A DNA stretch of 64,000 nucleotides from NCBI GenBank assembly GCA_024704765.1, contig JAKMXF010000033.1, forward strand, positions 62,001-126,000, read 5' to 3'. The stretch comes from Oopsacas minuta (Eukaryota; Animalia; Porifera). A program made the translations under genes and the position numbers. Shown here piece by piece: positions 1 to 19,718 of the stretch (the first letter of the stretch is position 1; every line of letters starts with the position of its first letter). The notes under the pieces are model-generated. The model worked only from the letters and a program-made list of their open reading frames with translations, was not told the origin of the DNA and searched no databases.

Positions 1-420
1 TTCTAATGCAAAGAGACCTCTAGCTGCTGTGAAGTCTTGAATATATTCAAAGAAACGATTCCAAGTACAATTTGAATTATTGGGATCTGGGAGTACAAAT
101 CTGGCCACTCCTAATTCAGTAGAGATTGTCATAATTAATAGCCAAGATTGTAATATCTCACAAGCACAAATAGCAGCTATGAATAAGGATTTGATGTAGT
201 CTACTCTAGCATTTGTTAATTCCTGTTTACACCTTTCATCTGTTTGTTTCTTCAAGTAATGAATCTTCTTACTCAGGCTTCTCAAACGGGACAGGAAGTA
301 TAGCAACCATATAGCCGCTAGGAATGCTATACCAATATCTAAGAAGGATATTGATCCAATACTTATGTAGACGAATATTTCAGAAAGGCCTTTATGCTCA
401 CGAAGAATCGAAAAAAACAT
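1..420 (-). CDS. Hypothetical multi-pass membrane protein, 5' part (runs off the window edge)
   Basis: Manual translation gives ATG at 420 and 140 codons with no stop to base 1 (MFFSILREHKGLSEIFVYISIGSISFLDIGIAFLAAIWLLYFLSRLRS...LFIAAICACEILQSWLLIMTIS...). Hydrophobic stretches are separated by a basic loop. Not in the ORF track because no stop codon lies in the window. Confidence 0.55.
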   Translation of the reverse strand, partial: MFFSILREHKGLSEIFVYISIGSISFLDIGIAFLAAIWLLYFLSRLRSLSKKIHYLKKQTDERCKQELTNARVDYIKSLFIAAICACEILQSWLLIMTISTELGVARFVLPDPNNSNCTWNRFFEYIQDFTAARGLFALE

Positions 421-717
421 AATTTAGAGTTCTAAACGATTTTACCGTATTTATACCCAATAATTACAGAATTCATTATTATTTGGTGATATTACTCATA
501 TTATTTGCAGAGATTATCCCCTGTCTGCAATATTACACAATCACATCTTTACTCATAGGATAATATAGCTATTGATTATATTAGCCTGTAATTAGTATGA
601 CGTAGCTATAATTCTACATGAATCACCAGATTTATAGTATTATGCAGGAATAATGAGACAAAGAGGATAATAATGGTAATCTCCCAGGGAATAATTGCGA
701 GTTTTAGGCTTGATATA

Positions 718-965
718 CACTGCCTGGCCAAAAGTATTGGAACACCCTGCCACAATTAATACTTGAAACAAAGGGTATTCTACCATAGTTGTATAAGCTA
801 AAGATGATTACAAAAAGTGTTGAACATAAATATATCGTAAAACGAATGATAACAAGCTATTGTTCTACTTTCTGGAATATCCATAGAATCTTTCAACATA
901 TTCTCATCTAATGCCACTTGTGCACAAGTTGTAAACAGTGTTCCAATACTTTTGGCCAGGCAGTG
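718..965. mobile_element. Tc1/mariner-type MITE, 248 bp, copy 1
   Basis: Terminal inverted repeats CACTGCCTGGCCAAAAGTATTGGAACAC / GTGTTCCAATACTTTTGGCCAGGCAGTG, flanked by TA on both sides (716-717, 966-967). No coding capacity. A near-identical reversed copy lies at 37546-37793. Confidence 0.88.
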
Positions 966-1570
966 TAGCATTCCTAGCGGCTATATGGTTGCTATACTCC
1001 GTGTCTCGTGTTACTTAAATATCTTGGATCAGCTGGTATTTTAATTAATATGTTACGCATGGTTATAATGGAGGTAGAGAGAGAGAGAGACAATTATTCG
1101 AGGGGACTAAATAATGGACAAAAATTCATAATTAGCAAAGTCACTTAATTCCACGTTTCGTCACATTTCGACGAGACATGACACTTGTCTACCCTTGTAA
1201 AATATAATCCACATATCCTATCAAAACATTACAGTAAATTAGATACCATATTTTTGAATAAAATTCACATAATAAGAATAACAATAATCCACAGTACATA
1301 GCTAATAATATTTGGAGAGGATTGTCTTTAAAGAATTGTGTCACGGGGACACTATTAGACAAGAGCTAGTTATGTAAAATAATTAAAACAGCTGTCTGAA
1401 TAGGGAGAAGTGAAGAGGGTGTCATATCCAGCTGGCTTCTGTAAACAAGCAAACAAATAAACAAGCAAACAACAAATACAAACTATCATAACAACTGACT
1501 ATACACACAATAATGTATAATATAATTGACATACAACTGTACTCCCGTATCTACCAGCAGGCCCATGCGG

Positions 1571-9198
<7,628 letters not shown>

Positions 9199-9527
9199 TA
9201 GATAACAGTTCTGCTTCTAGACAAGCCATTAGCTAGCTAGTTAGATAAAATAAGTAACTGGAAATTCTGATAGAGCTAACAGATTAAGACCGTCCAATTG
9301 GTGTCATATTAAAGAGGTATAGACATCCTATTTATTCAAAGGTTCGTATTACATACTTCAAGAGAGTTATACACCATTATTCGTAAACAAACACATCAAC
9401 AAATAAACAATATGAAGATGCAATATAAATAAATAATACATGTATACATACTCAAACAATATTTCTAACACATTGGAATAAACAAAATGTTGGCTAACTA
9501 AAATAATCTCAAAAATAAACAAATATA

Positions 9528-11732
9528 TCAACAAAGTTTTGACTTCACAGATTTAGGAGTTGTGTCGTCATGTAGATGTTTGGTGTTAAACCTAAAATAG
9601 TGAGGTGTCAAGTGGCTATATGGCACACCATTGTCAACTGACAATAGAGAGAGAGGATTGAATGTTGTACCATTTATTGGTGCAGTCACAACAACTCTGG
9701 ACACATTTAAAAGACACTCAAATGCCACAAAAACGACACAATTACTATATAAGAAATTCCAAAATTATAAATTCTTACTTTAACGCATTTATTAAACTCT
9801 GAGAACTGCTGGGATGTTCTTTGAGTACTCTTATTGACTCCATTAACTGTAAATATCAATTATTAATATAGTAAACACAAACAAACAAACAAACAAACAC
9901 TTACATCTATTTTAGAAGTCTTAACGAATGCTCCATCAGGATGTACATGATCGTAGAGTATAATCGTTCCTGTCTAAAGTATGCAAAACATATGTAACTA
10001 TTACTCGGGTTCATGGGAGTGCTGGCAATACATTGCGGAATTCCTGCTTGGCCACTTTTAGGGGTCACATGGAACCCATTTTAAGCACACCAACCCTAGC
10101 AAGCCCCTGCTCCGATCAAGAAGTATCCGAAAAGTTTCTTAGCCCCTCCCCCTGACACCAAATTTCAATTCTTACCATAACTCTTAAACAGAATAGCACC
10201 GTATCTTGATTCTTAAAACGACTGGAAAACTCCCTATAAGGTAAATAACAATAATAAATACAAACAAATAGAGGAGTTGTGAATAAGTAAGAATAACTTA
10301 CGGATTAGCTATCATTATCCTACATACTGTAGCAAATGTGCTCAGACAATCAGTAGTATTCTCCATAGGTATCTCTGGATGCTAAATAATACAGTGCATT
10401 CCAAAGATAGCATAGCGTTGTGATGGAATAAATCAGCTGTTCCTAACCCCGGGGTACACGGAAGATAGCAGGGGGATACACAGGATCCACTGCAGTATAT
10501 GGTAGGGGACCACAGAATGTGTGAAAATTGGTATAAGAGGTCGACGGGTGAGAAAGGATAAATTATAATATGAACTTACACCAAACAGGAAACTAGCAGT
10601 TCCTCTTGTCAAACAGGATAGCATAGGCATAGAATTAGCAAAGAACATAGCCATTGCATTAGCCTGTTCTTGTGATATACCTCCATCTTCAAAGTTAGAT
10701 GCCTACATAACAACAAATAGATAAATATAGTGTTTGCTATCAATTTACAGTCTCAAAGGTGTCAAGGGGACGAGAGGACCCCCTTGTCCCTGTGTTACAA
10801 ATATTTAATCGACCCATTCTAGCCCTCATAACATGTAATTAATTCTAACACCTAGGTAACAACAAACATTTTGACTCATAGATCTTCTATTCATAGATCT
10901 TCTGTAGTAACTAAAATCATTCTGGATACAGGGTGTTGTAGTTTTTAGATCATCAAATAATAAAACAAATTGAATTGTTTCAGCTAATAACTTGGCTAGA
11001 GCCTAAATAAACAAGTAAACAAAAGGTGTGAAAATGTGATTAATCAGAGGTACAATGTTGTTGTTTACTTGTTGTGTTTCCAAATGTTCCTGTGGATTCA
11101 TTGAGGTGTTACATAGCCCAGAAAGGAGACGGGGTACTACAATCTGAGTCAAATCTTCTGAGAATAAATAGAAAGTCTTTAACGTCTTTACAGATAACAA
11201 AATAACCTCCCAAGCTCTATCCTGTCTGACATTATCAGATGGATTCTGTATTGCCTAGAGGGAGAGAGGGCTTAATAACATGGACGATGAGGGACAGTCG
11301 TCCGCGGAATCTCTGAGATAAAATTAGACTTAGGGTATCTTACTGATTTGTAGATTAATATTTGTAGGTATACCAGGATAACCTCCCGAACCCTTTTGAA
11401 CAATCCATATTGTATAGTTTACAAATATAGAACAGATAAATTCTAAGGACTCACTTCTCTAATTTCGACACTAGCTCCTCCTCCATATCCCTTCATGTCC
11501 TCCATTAGCTGAGGAGCTATTTTTAGAATTCCTAACACTTCTTCATAAATAGCCTTCTCACTCTCTGTAGGTACAACATCTACACAAATACAAACAATAG
11601 CCAATAAGGGGAGGCGGAAAAGTATCTTCCAAAGAGACCGATGGGTTACTTACTTTCAAAATCAACAAAAATATCAACCTTAGGACCTGATCCTGGATTT
11701 CCGTCTTTAAGAGCCTTCAACAGCTGACCCAT
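9528..11732 (-). CDS. CYRI: CYFIP-related Rac1 interactor (CYRI/FAM49), multi-exon
   Basis: Starts MGQLLKAL...[20 protein letters not shown]. Later exons encode [52 protein letters not shown] and [17 protein letters not shown], matching FAM49 hallmark motifs throughout. Confidence 0.93.
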
Positions 11733-11855
11733 ATTGTAACACAGATTCTAATCGATGCATAAAGCATAGTGTAATTAATTAGAGGTAAGATGATCCCCTA
11801 CAGGATCCATGGTCTAATTTGTACCCATTAATGTATACCTATTTATCACGTAAAC

Positions 11856-11899
<44 letters not shown>

Positions 11900-11956
11900 T
11901 AATAACAATAATAATAATAATAATAACAATAATAACAATAATAATAATAATAATAA
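11856..11956. repeat. (AAT)n microsatellite with AAC interruptions
   Basis: About 100 bp of AAT units between the CYRI start and the 3' end of the adaptor gene. Confidence 0.9.
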
Positions 11957-12036
11957 ATATGAAATAAGTATAGAATGAATAAATTAATAGAAATGTGAAA
12001 CAAAGAAAAAATATAAATATTTATGAAATATATAAC

Positions 12037-12410
12037 TCAACAATCTGTAGTAGGGTATGTAGGTGTCTATAAACAAACAATAATAACAACAAAACAAAGT
12101 TAGTTACACATATGGAGGAGCCTCTACAAACGGGGGTATCATTTTTCGGCGTTCTGATACCCTGTCAGTGGAGGTTCTACTGTACCTGTGGTATAACAGT
12201 GTGATCAGTGATTGGCTGTTCAGCAGCTGTACTTGTGTTAGGAGATAGGGTAGGCTTAGGGGGAACAGATGGTTTTATTGGTTTGGTACGGAATGCTTCA
12301 TTTCTTTTCAACTTTCCATCAGGAGATGATTTTGTAGAAATGACCTAATGAGATATTCTGTAAAATACAAACAGTTAAATCAGTTTATTAGCTAAATGAC
12401 CTGTTGTTCA

Positions 12411-12473
<63 letters not shown>

Positions 12474-13271
12474 ATGAAAGCTAGAGGTGTCTGTTGACCA
12501 CCAGGTGGTATTTTAGTTTCGGGGGACTGCATTCCAGAAGAGGATACTGGTTGTTGGGTAGGTTGGAGTATATCTGGGAGTGCTTGTGGTGACTAAGGAC
12601 AACATTCCATAAATATTTTTATCAAAAAATAGTCCTTACTTGCCACTAAATCAGCAGCTCATACATATGCAATACATAAGAAGTTATGTACCGAATTACT
12701 CCGATTTGTTACTTAGGGTAGAAGTTAATAAACAGAAAATATACAGCAAAGATAACACCCATGAACATCGTTATTCAGAAATTGAAGTTCAAGCACATGA
12801 CCCACCATCGCCTTCACAACATCAACAACAATACACTTATGTTTCCAGGTGTGAAGACAGGGAGCTAACACCTTAGACTAAGAAAGAGGAAGGTATACAC
12901 ATACCACAATAAATCAAAGAATATATCATCTGTTTAGATAATTACAATGATATTACGAATCATTAACAGCTGTCAGTAATTATGTCTTCCAGAATGTTCT
13001 TTACTTCAAATAATCCTAATCCCTTCAATAACCAATAATTATGCGAAATTACATATACAATAATCTTCACACCTAGCAGACTAAAGATGATAATATTTCA
13101 AGAATGGGATAAGGCTTCTATGAGAAATTATATTAGATTACGAATACTCACCTGCTCTGGAGATAAATGATCATAATTACAAGAATCTGCATCAGCTGAG
13201 TTAGCTACAAATTGATGGGTTAAATGAATTGGTGCTACAGTTGTACTTGAGTGTTGTAATGGTGTTGAAGC

Positions 13272-13321
<50 letters not shown>

Positions 13322-16300
13322 GCATTGCATTTGGTGTACCTACAAACAAAAAATTATTCAATTCACAAGCTATACACATAAATTATAAATATATATACCT
13401 TTGAATCCAGAGGGCGGGGAAATAACAGAGGTGTTAGTGACTGGATTAGGAGAAGTAGTTCGTAGAATATGATGAGCTATATTAGCATTGCCTGCAGCTG
13501 ATGTATGAAATTGTTCATTAAGATTATTCGTTGGATCATTCTGTTTAATTTGTCTACTCAATTGAGACTGTACAGTAGCTTGTAGCTTGTTATAATTTAT
13601 GGGTTCAGTCCTGTGTTGTTGTTGTTGTTGTTGTTGTTGTACCCATTGGGCTGTGTGTTGCACCACAGGATCAGGTATTTGAGAAATGTTTCGTGGTACA
13701 ATTTGCATCTGTTTATTATAAGAAAACGCAGGAATTTGATTGGTTTGAATTGGATTAGAAGTAAACTGTGTATGTTGTATAGGTGTTAGAATATGCGTAT
13801 TTTCAGTTCCATTTATTGCTACACTACATTCAGTATTAAGATTATACTGCATTTGGTTAGGCTGAGAGAACGGAATCTGATTGGTCGGAACTCTGACGTC
13901 ATTAGGCACAAAGTGACCGGGTTGTGACAGAAAAACAGCTGTTTGTTCAATAGGTTGAGGATGCTGCACAATGATTGGCTGAAACGGTTGAGTAGAGATG
14001 TGTCTAGGAGGGAGTGGTCTATCTAGCTGTGTATGTGTTGATGTGTTGTTTGTTACTGTAAATAACAACAATGAGAAGTAACATAATGCAAAAATTCTGT
14101 TAAATAAAATTCTCACCAGAATCGGGAGTAGGCCTGTAATCTCTGTCTCTTCTCCTAGATCTAGGAGATAGCTCGTTATTATCAAGATTATCTCTACTCC
14201 TATTCCTCCCTCTTAGCTTAGAAATAGCTTTGTAGATGAAATTTTGAGGAGAGTTTGGTCTAGAGCTTGGACGAGAGGAAGGGTCAAATTGTGAGGTGTC
14301 ATCTAGACCATCTGGGGTATTCCTCCCTGAAGAGAGGATTCTGAAACGATTCCTGCTACGAGAACGTCTTTTATTGGGGAGTAGAGTATTGTTTTGTTCC
14401 TCTACAACTTTACTCTTCTATAAATCGAAAGAAGAGTAAAGTTGAAAATTAGAATACACAATACATTACTTACAAATGATTAATGCTATGCAGAGATTTG
14501 TTATTTTGTTAGCTATTGGGAAATGCTAATTATTTATTAATGAATATTACGTAATAATAAAATCAAGTAACAGTATATGGTTACGGAAAATTTTAAGGAA
14601 AAATGGTTATCGGTGTTACCCTCATAACGATTAGGTCGTATTACTAGCATGACCAGCCAAGGAGAGCTCCCTATGATGTCTTACTTTGCGGGTATTTTGA
14701 GGGTTCCCTCTGATAATATTATCTTTAAAATCAGGACTGTTAGACCGCTGTTTGAGGGCTTGTGACACAGCCATGTCCTCTCCCATCTTAGGAACTGAAT
14801 GGATATGCGAATGTATTTCTCTTCTGTTAGAATCTGAAGAAGGAAATCTGTACATACGAGCTTGATTAGAGGCGTGAATATCTATAATTAGATTCTTAGA
14901 TTAAGGTGTATTTATGTTTGATTGCAGCATACCTTGATGACCCGATTTAACAGGAATCTGTTTGTGGTGATTAGATGTTCTAGCATTTCTAATACCAGCT
15001 GTGTTGCCATGGTTATCAGTAGGAATTTGTCTCTGATTAGACTCCTCAAACTCATCAACTAATTCATATTGAATATCTTCATCATCTAAGAAATATAGCC
15101 GGTCATAAGAACATCGTCAGGACCGGTATGCGTATAACTACAACCGGCATAACTGCATACATATTTACGGTATGTACAGTAGGTTACAGCTCGGAGAAAT
15201 AGATACGTATATATAATGAATATCGTATTAATAGAATATACTCACCATTATCGTTACGAGATATTGTACGTGAATTATTCTTCTGTATAGCTCTCTTAAC
15301 TCTGTCTATATCAGTAAACCGAGCTGAATTCCTAAATAAGCATAAATACACACATCTTAACCCATAATTGATTATACATATTTCACTATACATACCTTGC
15401 TAGATCAGGGTTACCAGTATAAGGTAATACTCCAGTAGCTTCCCTTAACACTCTGAGTATATCCTCTGCTTGTGGAGTATTCACACAAAAATATGATTTA
15501 CCAGATTCAGAAGTCCCTAATACTAATAAATCTTTGTTAGCTCCAAAACTCTTTATACTCTTAAGAGTCCAATGATAGAGAACAGATGGCAACTAGATAC
15601 ACAAATAAGAGTCCGATAAGTCCAGTTAAATAAGCAAATGTATTTGAATTCAAATAAACTGAAGAAAGCTGTTTCGGATACATTGGTCAAGAACTAAAGT
15701 TTTGTTGGAAGTTCAACATATTTGTGAGTTATACGTATATTATACATTTTGACGGTTTGGAGAAAATTCGCGACAGATTCGGAATCAGCATATTTGATAG
15801 TAGAGGGTTCAATAGATAGTGTGAAGTGAAGGAAACTTAAATTTGTTGTTTAGTGTAATGTTTATACAAACACTTAAGTAATCATTAAATTTGAGGAGGG
15901 ATAGCAGGGTGTAACTAGCATTGAGGCAGAGGCAGTTGCCTCCTCGCTCTGGAATCTCTAGTTACCCCTAGGATAGTATCACTTTAGAACTTTAATATTG
16001 TTTTAGTAAGACAATGAGATAATTATCGGACAGTTCTTCACATAGATTCAACACTAGAAAACAATTGATGGAAATAATAATATGCAAAGGCAAAACCTAT
16101 AAATATTCAATTTGATATTACAATAAATAAACAAATGCAAAGTGATAGCTACGAACGAGCAAAGAAGTCAAATTACAAAGAGGAAGAATTATGGAAAGTT
16201 AAGAAAAGACAGTTAGAACGTGAGGAGGATAGCACAAGAAAATTCCATATTTTCAATATTGAGAAGGTTAAAAACACTAAATGGAAGTCTTTGGAACAAA

Positions 16301-17581
16301 TAAAAAGAACAATGCAAAAAGAAAACAAAAAACAAATCGGAAAAGAAGGAATACAAATGCTTATTAACGAATCTGACAGTGACGATAGCTATGTTAGCCC
16401 TTTCAATCGTAAAGCTAGACAGATAAAAAAAGTAGAGATGAAGGATTGGAATGAATATGCGTATGAGAAATACCAAAGCATGCTAGTGGAGCTAGACACA
16501 ACTCTAAAGTTAGGAAATGAAAAAGAATATACAATACAAATAGAAGAGGACACATACCATATGCCAATCCCAAAGATTATTATACACCCGTGTACAGAGA
16601 GTGAGGATAGTAGCATTGATGAAAGAATACAAATACGTGTTAAGAAGAAAAAGGAAAGGAAATCTAGAGCTAGGAATTCAGATTTCGGAAGGATAAAGTA
16701 TCTTAAAAATCTGAAACAAGTGAAGTCCATAAAGTTTACGAATAAATATGAATAATTATCTTAACACTATAGCATTTATAGCACCTTAAGTCCTGGGGTA
16801 ATCGCTGAGGGGTGTAGCCAATTGGACAAATACCAACGAGGTCACCATGGAAACAGGGACATAAATACACACATATAATAAGGTGTTATAATCCTTGGTA
16901 CCTGAGAGCTGTCCTGTGTATAAGTGATTACTATAGTTCTCTTGTTTGTATTGAACCTCAAAACTCCTCTACATTCCTGTTTCAATTCCAGTTGACAAGG
17001 AATAGTTACTTTAAACTTCCATTCTAAACAAGATGACGTAATAATAAATATATCTTAAAGGAGAAGTTGGATAATCGACACGGGTCTAGGAAGGAGGTCC
17101 TGTCGATAGCTGTCCACCAGGTTCTAACCTTCTCCAATAATTTCCTCAAATTTCTCCTTCCACCTTATCCTGTCTTCCTCACTCATAGCAGAGAGCACAT
17201 GAGTAGACCTCTTGGTGAAGAGTAATATCAAGAATGCTCCATCCATGGTCCCGATAGAAGCAGATTCCATAGCTATAGCAGAGGAGAGACTCATGTCCAA
17301 TATAACACCTTGCGTGGGATTAGATAGCCAAGTAGTGAATGAAAGGTTAGTTAGAGTGAGACTGCAGATATCTAAGAGGATATAGATGTAGTACCGGGGC
17401 AAGATTGACCGATACGAGAGGTGATAAACAAACCATTATGAAATAATATAACAGCTGTTAATCTGTACCACTAAAGAAATAAATATTTAAAATTTTTGTA
17501 TAAGAATTTCCAAAATAAACTGACCTCTTTCTTCGCCCAGAAGTTGAGAGGACCCTGACACAAGATTTGAGGCTGTGTCAT
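12037..17581 (-). CDS. PH + IRS-type PTB adaptor protein (Dok/IRS/FRS2-like) with a long Gln/Pro-rich tail, multi-exon
   Basis: Likely start MTQPQILCQGPLNFWAKKE. PH C-terminal helix HVLSAMSEEDRIRWKEKFEEII. PTB-like exons WKFKVTIPCQLELKQECRGVLRF and LYHWTLKSIKSFGANKDLLVL...AEDILRVLREA. Low-complexity exons follow with polyQ and PSVPPKP. The 3' end is uncertain. Confidence 0.7.
12413..12472 (-). repeat. Coding (CAA)20 polyglutamine tract
   Basis: Pure CAA run in frame within an adaptor exon (...PLAFI-Q20-HEQQ). Confidence 0.8.
13272..13322 (-). repeat. Coding (CAA)17 polyglutamine tract
   Basis: Pure CAA run in frame (NAM-Q17-ASTP). Confidence 0.8.
16135..16755 (+). CDS. Orphan 206-aa Lys/Glu-rich protein, single exon, nested antisense in an adaptor-gene intron
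   Basis: ATG-initiated ORF inside the phase-0 intron 15593-16901. Contains PIPKIIIHPCTESED. Confidence 0.6.
   Translation: MQSDSYERAKKSNYKEEELWKVKKRQLEREEDSTRKFHIFNIEKVKNTKWKSLEQIKRTMQKENKKQIGKEGIQMLINESDSDDSYVSPFNRKARQIKKVEMKDWNEYAYEKYQSMLVELDTTLKLGNEKEYTIQIEEDTYHMPIPKIIIHPCTESEDSSIDERIQIRVKKKKERKSRARNSDFGRIKYLKNLKQVKSIKFTNKYE
16804..16864 (+). repeat. Dispersed ~60-bp repeat, copy B (X-box GTCACCATGGAAAC at 16841-16854)
   Basis: CTGAGGGGTGTAGCCAA..AAATACCAACGAGGTCACCATGGAAACAGGGACATAA; similar to 6008-6070. Confidence 0.65.
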
Positions 17582-17744
17582 TGAATAAATCTAATTATAT
17601 ATTGGAAGGTGTGAAAATATGAATATAAACCCAACAAGAGAGCTAAGTACTCGTATATGTCTGACTTCATACAAATAACATGTGTGTATATATGAATGGT
17701 TAAATAAGCAGCTGTACTAATAAGATACATTCCAAAATACCAGT

Positions 17745-18356
17745 TCAGTAGTTAGGTCTGCAAGTTCTAATATTAGCAACTGACAGGGAGTAATCTGATT
17801 GGTCTGCTTCAATAACAGTCTCTAGACGGATGGTGGGGTGGGAGGGGTCCTCTGGTTCAAAGAGGTCGATATGTTCCCCTGGGGAACAAATGAGGTCTAG
17901 TAAAGCAGATTCAATTGCAGAGGCAGGGACAGGGGGAGGTTCCTCTATGGGTTCCCATCCGACAGGGGGCGAGGAGGGCGGGCTAAGGAGGAACCGTCTC
18001 TGAGACTTTGGTACTTTAAGGTGCCTCTCGTCCCATGGGGCAGTTATTAAGCGTAATGATTCTACTCTAATTGTACCAAAATTGAGGAAACTGGTACTAT
18101 CCAACTCCTCTCTAGCTAGTTCAGCTTCTCCAGGCCTGTGAAACACTACACATACCTTGGATATGGAAGTGAGGTAATGGAATGTAAGGTTGTCCCCATA
18201 ACGTCTGAATAAACGCTCTAAATAATCCCGTAATCCCTGACAACGCTCTGAAAATATTTGTGGTGGTAACCTGGATACGAAAATACTCTCTTCAAATATG
18301 TAATCTCCTCTGTTTACGTAATCCATTTCTGGACACAAATAATCATATGCACTCAT
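17745..18356 (-). CDS. RCAN: Calcipressin / regulator of calcineurin, single exon
   Basis: N-terminal RRM-like region, the signature HLKVPKSQRRFLLSPPSSPPVGWEP, a docking-like PTIRLETV and the C-terminal TCRP. Confidence 0.92.
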   Translation of the reverse strand: MSAYDYLCPEMDYVNRGDYIFEESIFVSRLPPQIFSERCQGLRDYLERLFRRYGDNLTFHYLTSISKVCVVFHRPGEAELAREELDSTSFLNFGTIRVESLRLITAPWDERHLKVPKSQRRFLLSPPSSPPVGWEPIEEPPPVPASAIESALLDLICSPGEHIDLFEPEDPSHPTIRLETVIEADQSDYSLSVANIRTCRPNY

Positions 18357-18773
18357 TCCTAGCTTAAAATAGATAATGTTATAACCTGGATACGAAATGG
18401 AGTATTGGTATGTGGAATTGTACAGTGATAAGGTGATAATTAAGATGTATAACTTCTATCTAAAAGGCAAACAAACTTCATCGATTCATTTCCCCTTATT
18501 TTACCTCTCAAAAGTAGACCCCCTGAATAGTTTCATAGATAATATAATTAATAATAAAGAATATGTCACATATGAAAAGAGGACAGGAAGTGAAACTGAA
18601 AGTGAAAGTAGTAATATACAGATTAACTCTGTGAGTAGATATGATAGTCCTTAAGGACCGCAGAGAGGACCAAGATAATTAGTGAACTGTGTGAACTGTC
18701 ACTTCAACAACCTTGACATCTGATTGGGCTAGAATAGCGCAGATTGTGTCTGTATAATTCTCGATAAAGCAAC

Positions 18774-19435
18774 AACTGATACTGAAAGGTGTTAAAAATA
18801 TGATAATACGATCATTCATATATACATATTTGTAATCAAGAGGTTGTTAGGATTGTTATAAGAGACCTTGTTCTAGTACCGGTACTGAAGGCGACAGGGG
18901 TCCAATTTATAGTTCCGTAAGGGAGAGTAATACATGAGCACACCCATTATGGAACCAATTATTCACATAACACCTTTATAATATACATAATCACTAATGG
19001 AATTTGTTAAAACAAGCAAATCTATTTATTTTTGCCACAAAATTCCATTAATCCGGTTTTATTGCTAGGCAGGATATCTGATAGAACATATATATGAATA
19101 TACAGGAACTATCACATATAGTAACTAAACAATAAAACCGGATTAATGGAATTTTGTGGCAAAAATAAATATATTTGCTTGTTTTAACAAATTCCATTAG
19201 TGATTATGTATATTATAAAGGTGTTATGTGAATAATTGGTTCCATGATGGGTGTGCTCATGTATTACTCTCCTTTATGGAACTATAAATTGGCCCCCTGT
19301 CGCCCTGTCGCCCTGTCCCCCTCAGTACCGGTACTAGAACAAGGTCTCTTATAACAATCCTAACAACCTCTTGATTACAAATATGTATATGTGAATAACC
19401 GTATTATCATATTTTAACACCTTTCAATATCAGTT
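18774..19435. repeat. Long inverted repeat (foldback): arms 18774-19064 and 19130-19435, 65-bp spacer
   Basis: The arms are reverse complements over about 290 bp with scattered substitutions and a CCCTGTCG tandem expansion in the right arm. Confidence 0.92.
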
Positions 19436-19718
19436 ATTTGATTGGTTCCCAATAAAATAGTTCCTCTGCCAAGTAAAAATGATACAAAATAGGTGTCATA
19501 ATCTGGAACTATAGATGAGAAGTCTAAATCATTAATTCAGTACTTTGAATATTAACAATATAGCTACTAAACAAACTCAAAGATATGTGGTTGTCTAATA
19601 ACAAATTCCATCAATGAATCCCTTATGTCAATTCTAGCACTCTGTTGTCCTCTTCCCCATGATAATTCCATCAGCACAAACAACAACAACAATAATAATA
19701 CAAATATATTCAAAGCAA

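Noticed and set aside
12640-12876. 78-aa plus-strand ORF in an adaptor intron
   Set aside because: TTG start, short, no recognisable motif; compatible with chance.
16213-16730. Hydrophobic minus-strand ORFs 16213-16476 and 16389-16730
   Set aside because: Antisense shadows of the A-rich plus-strand ORF 16135-16755.
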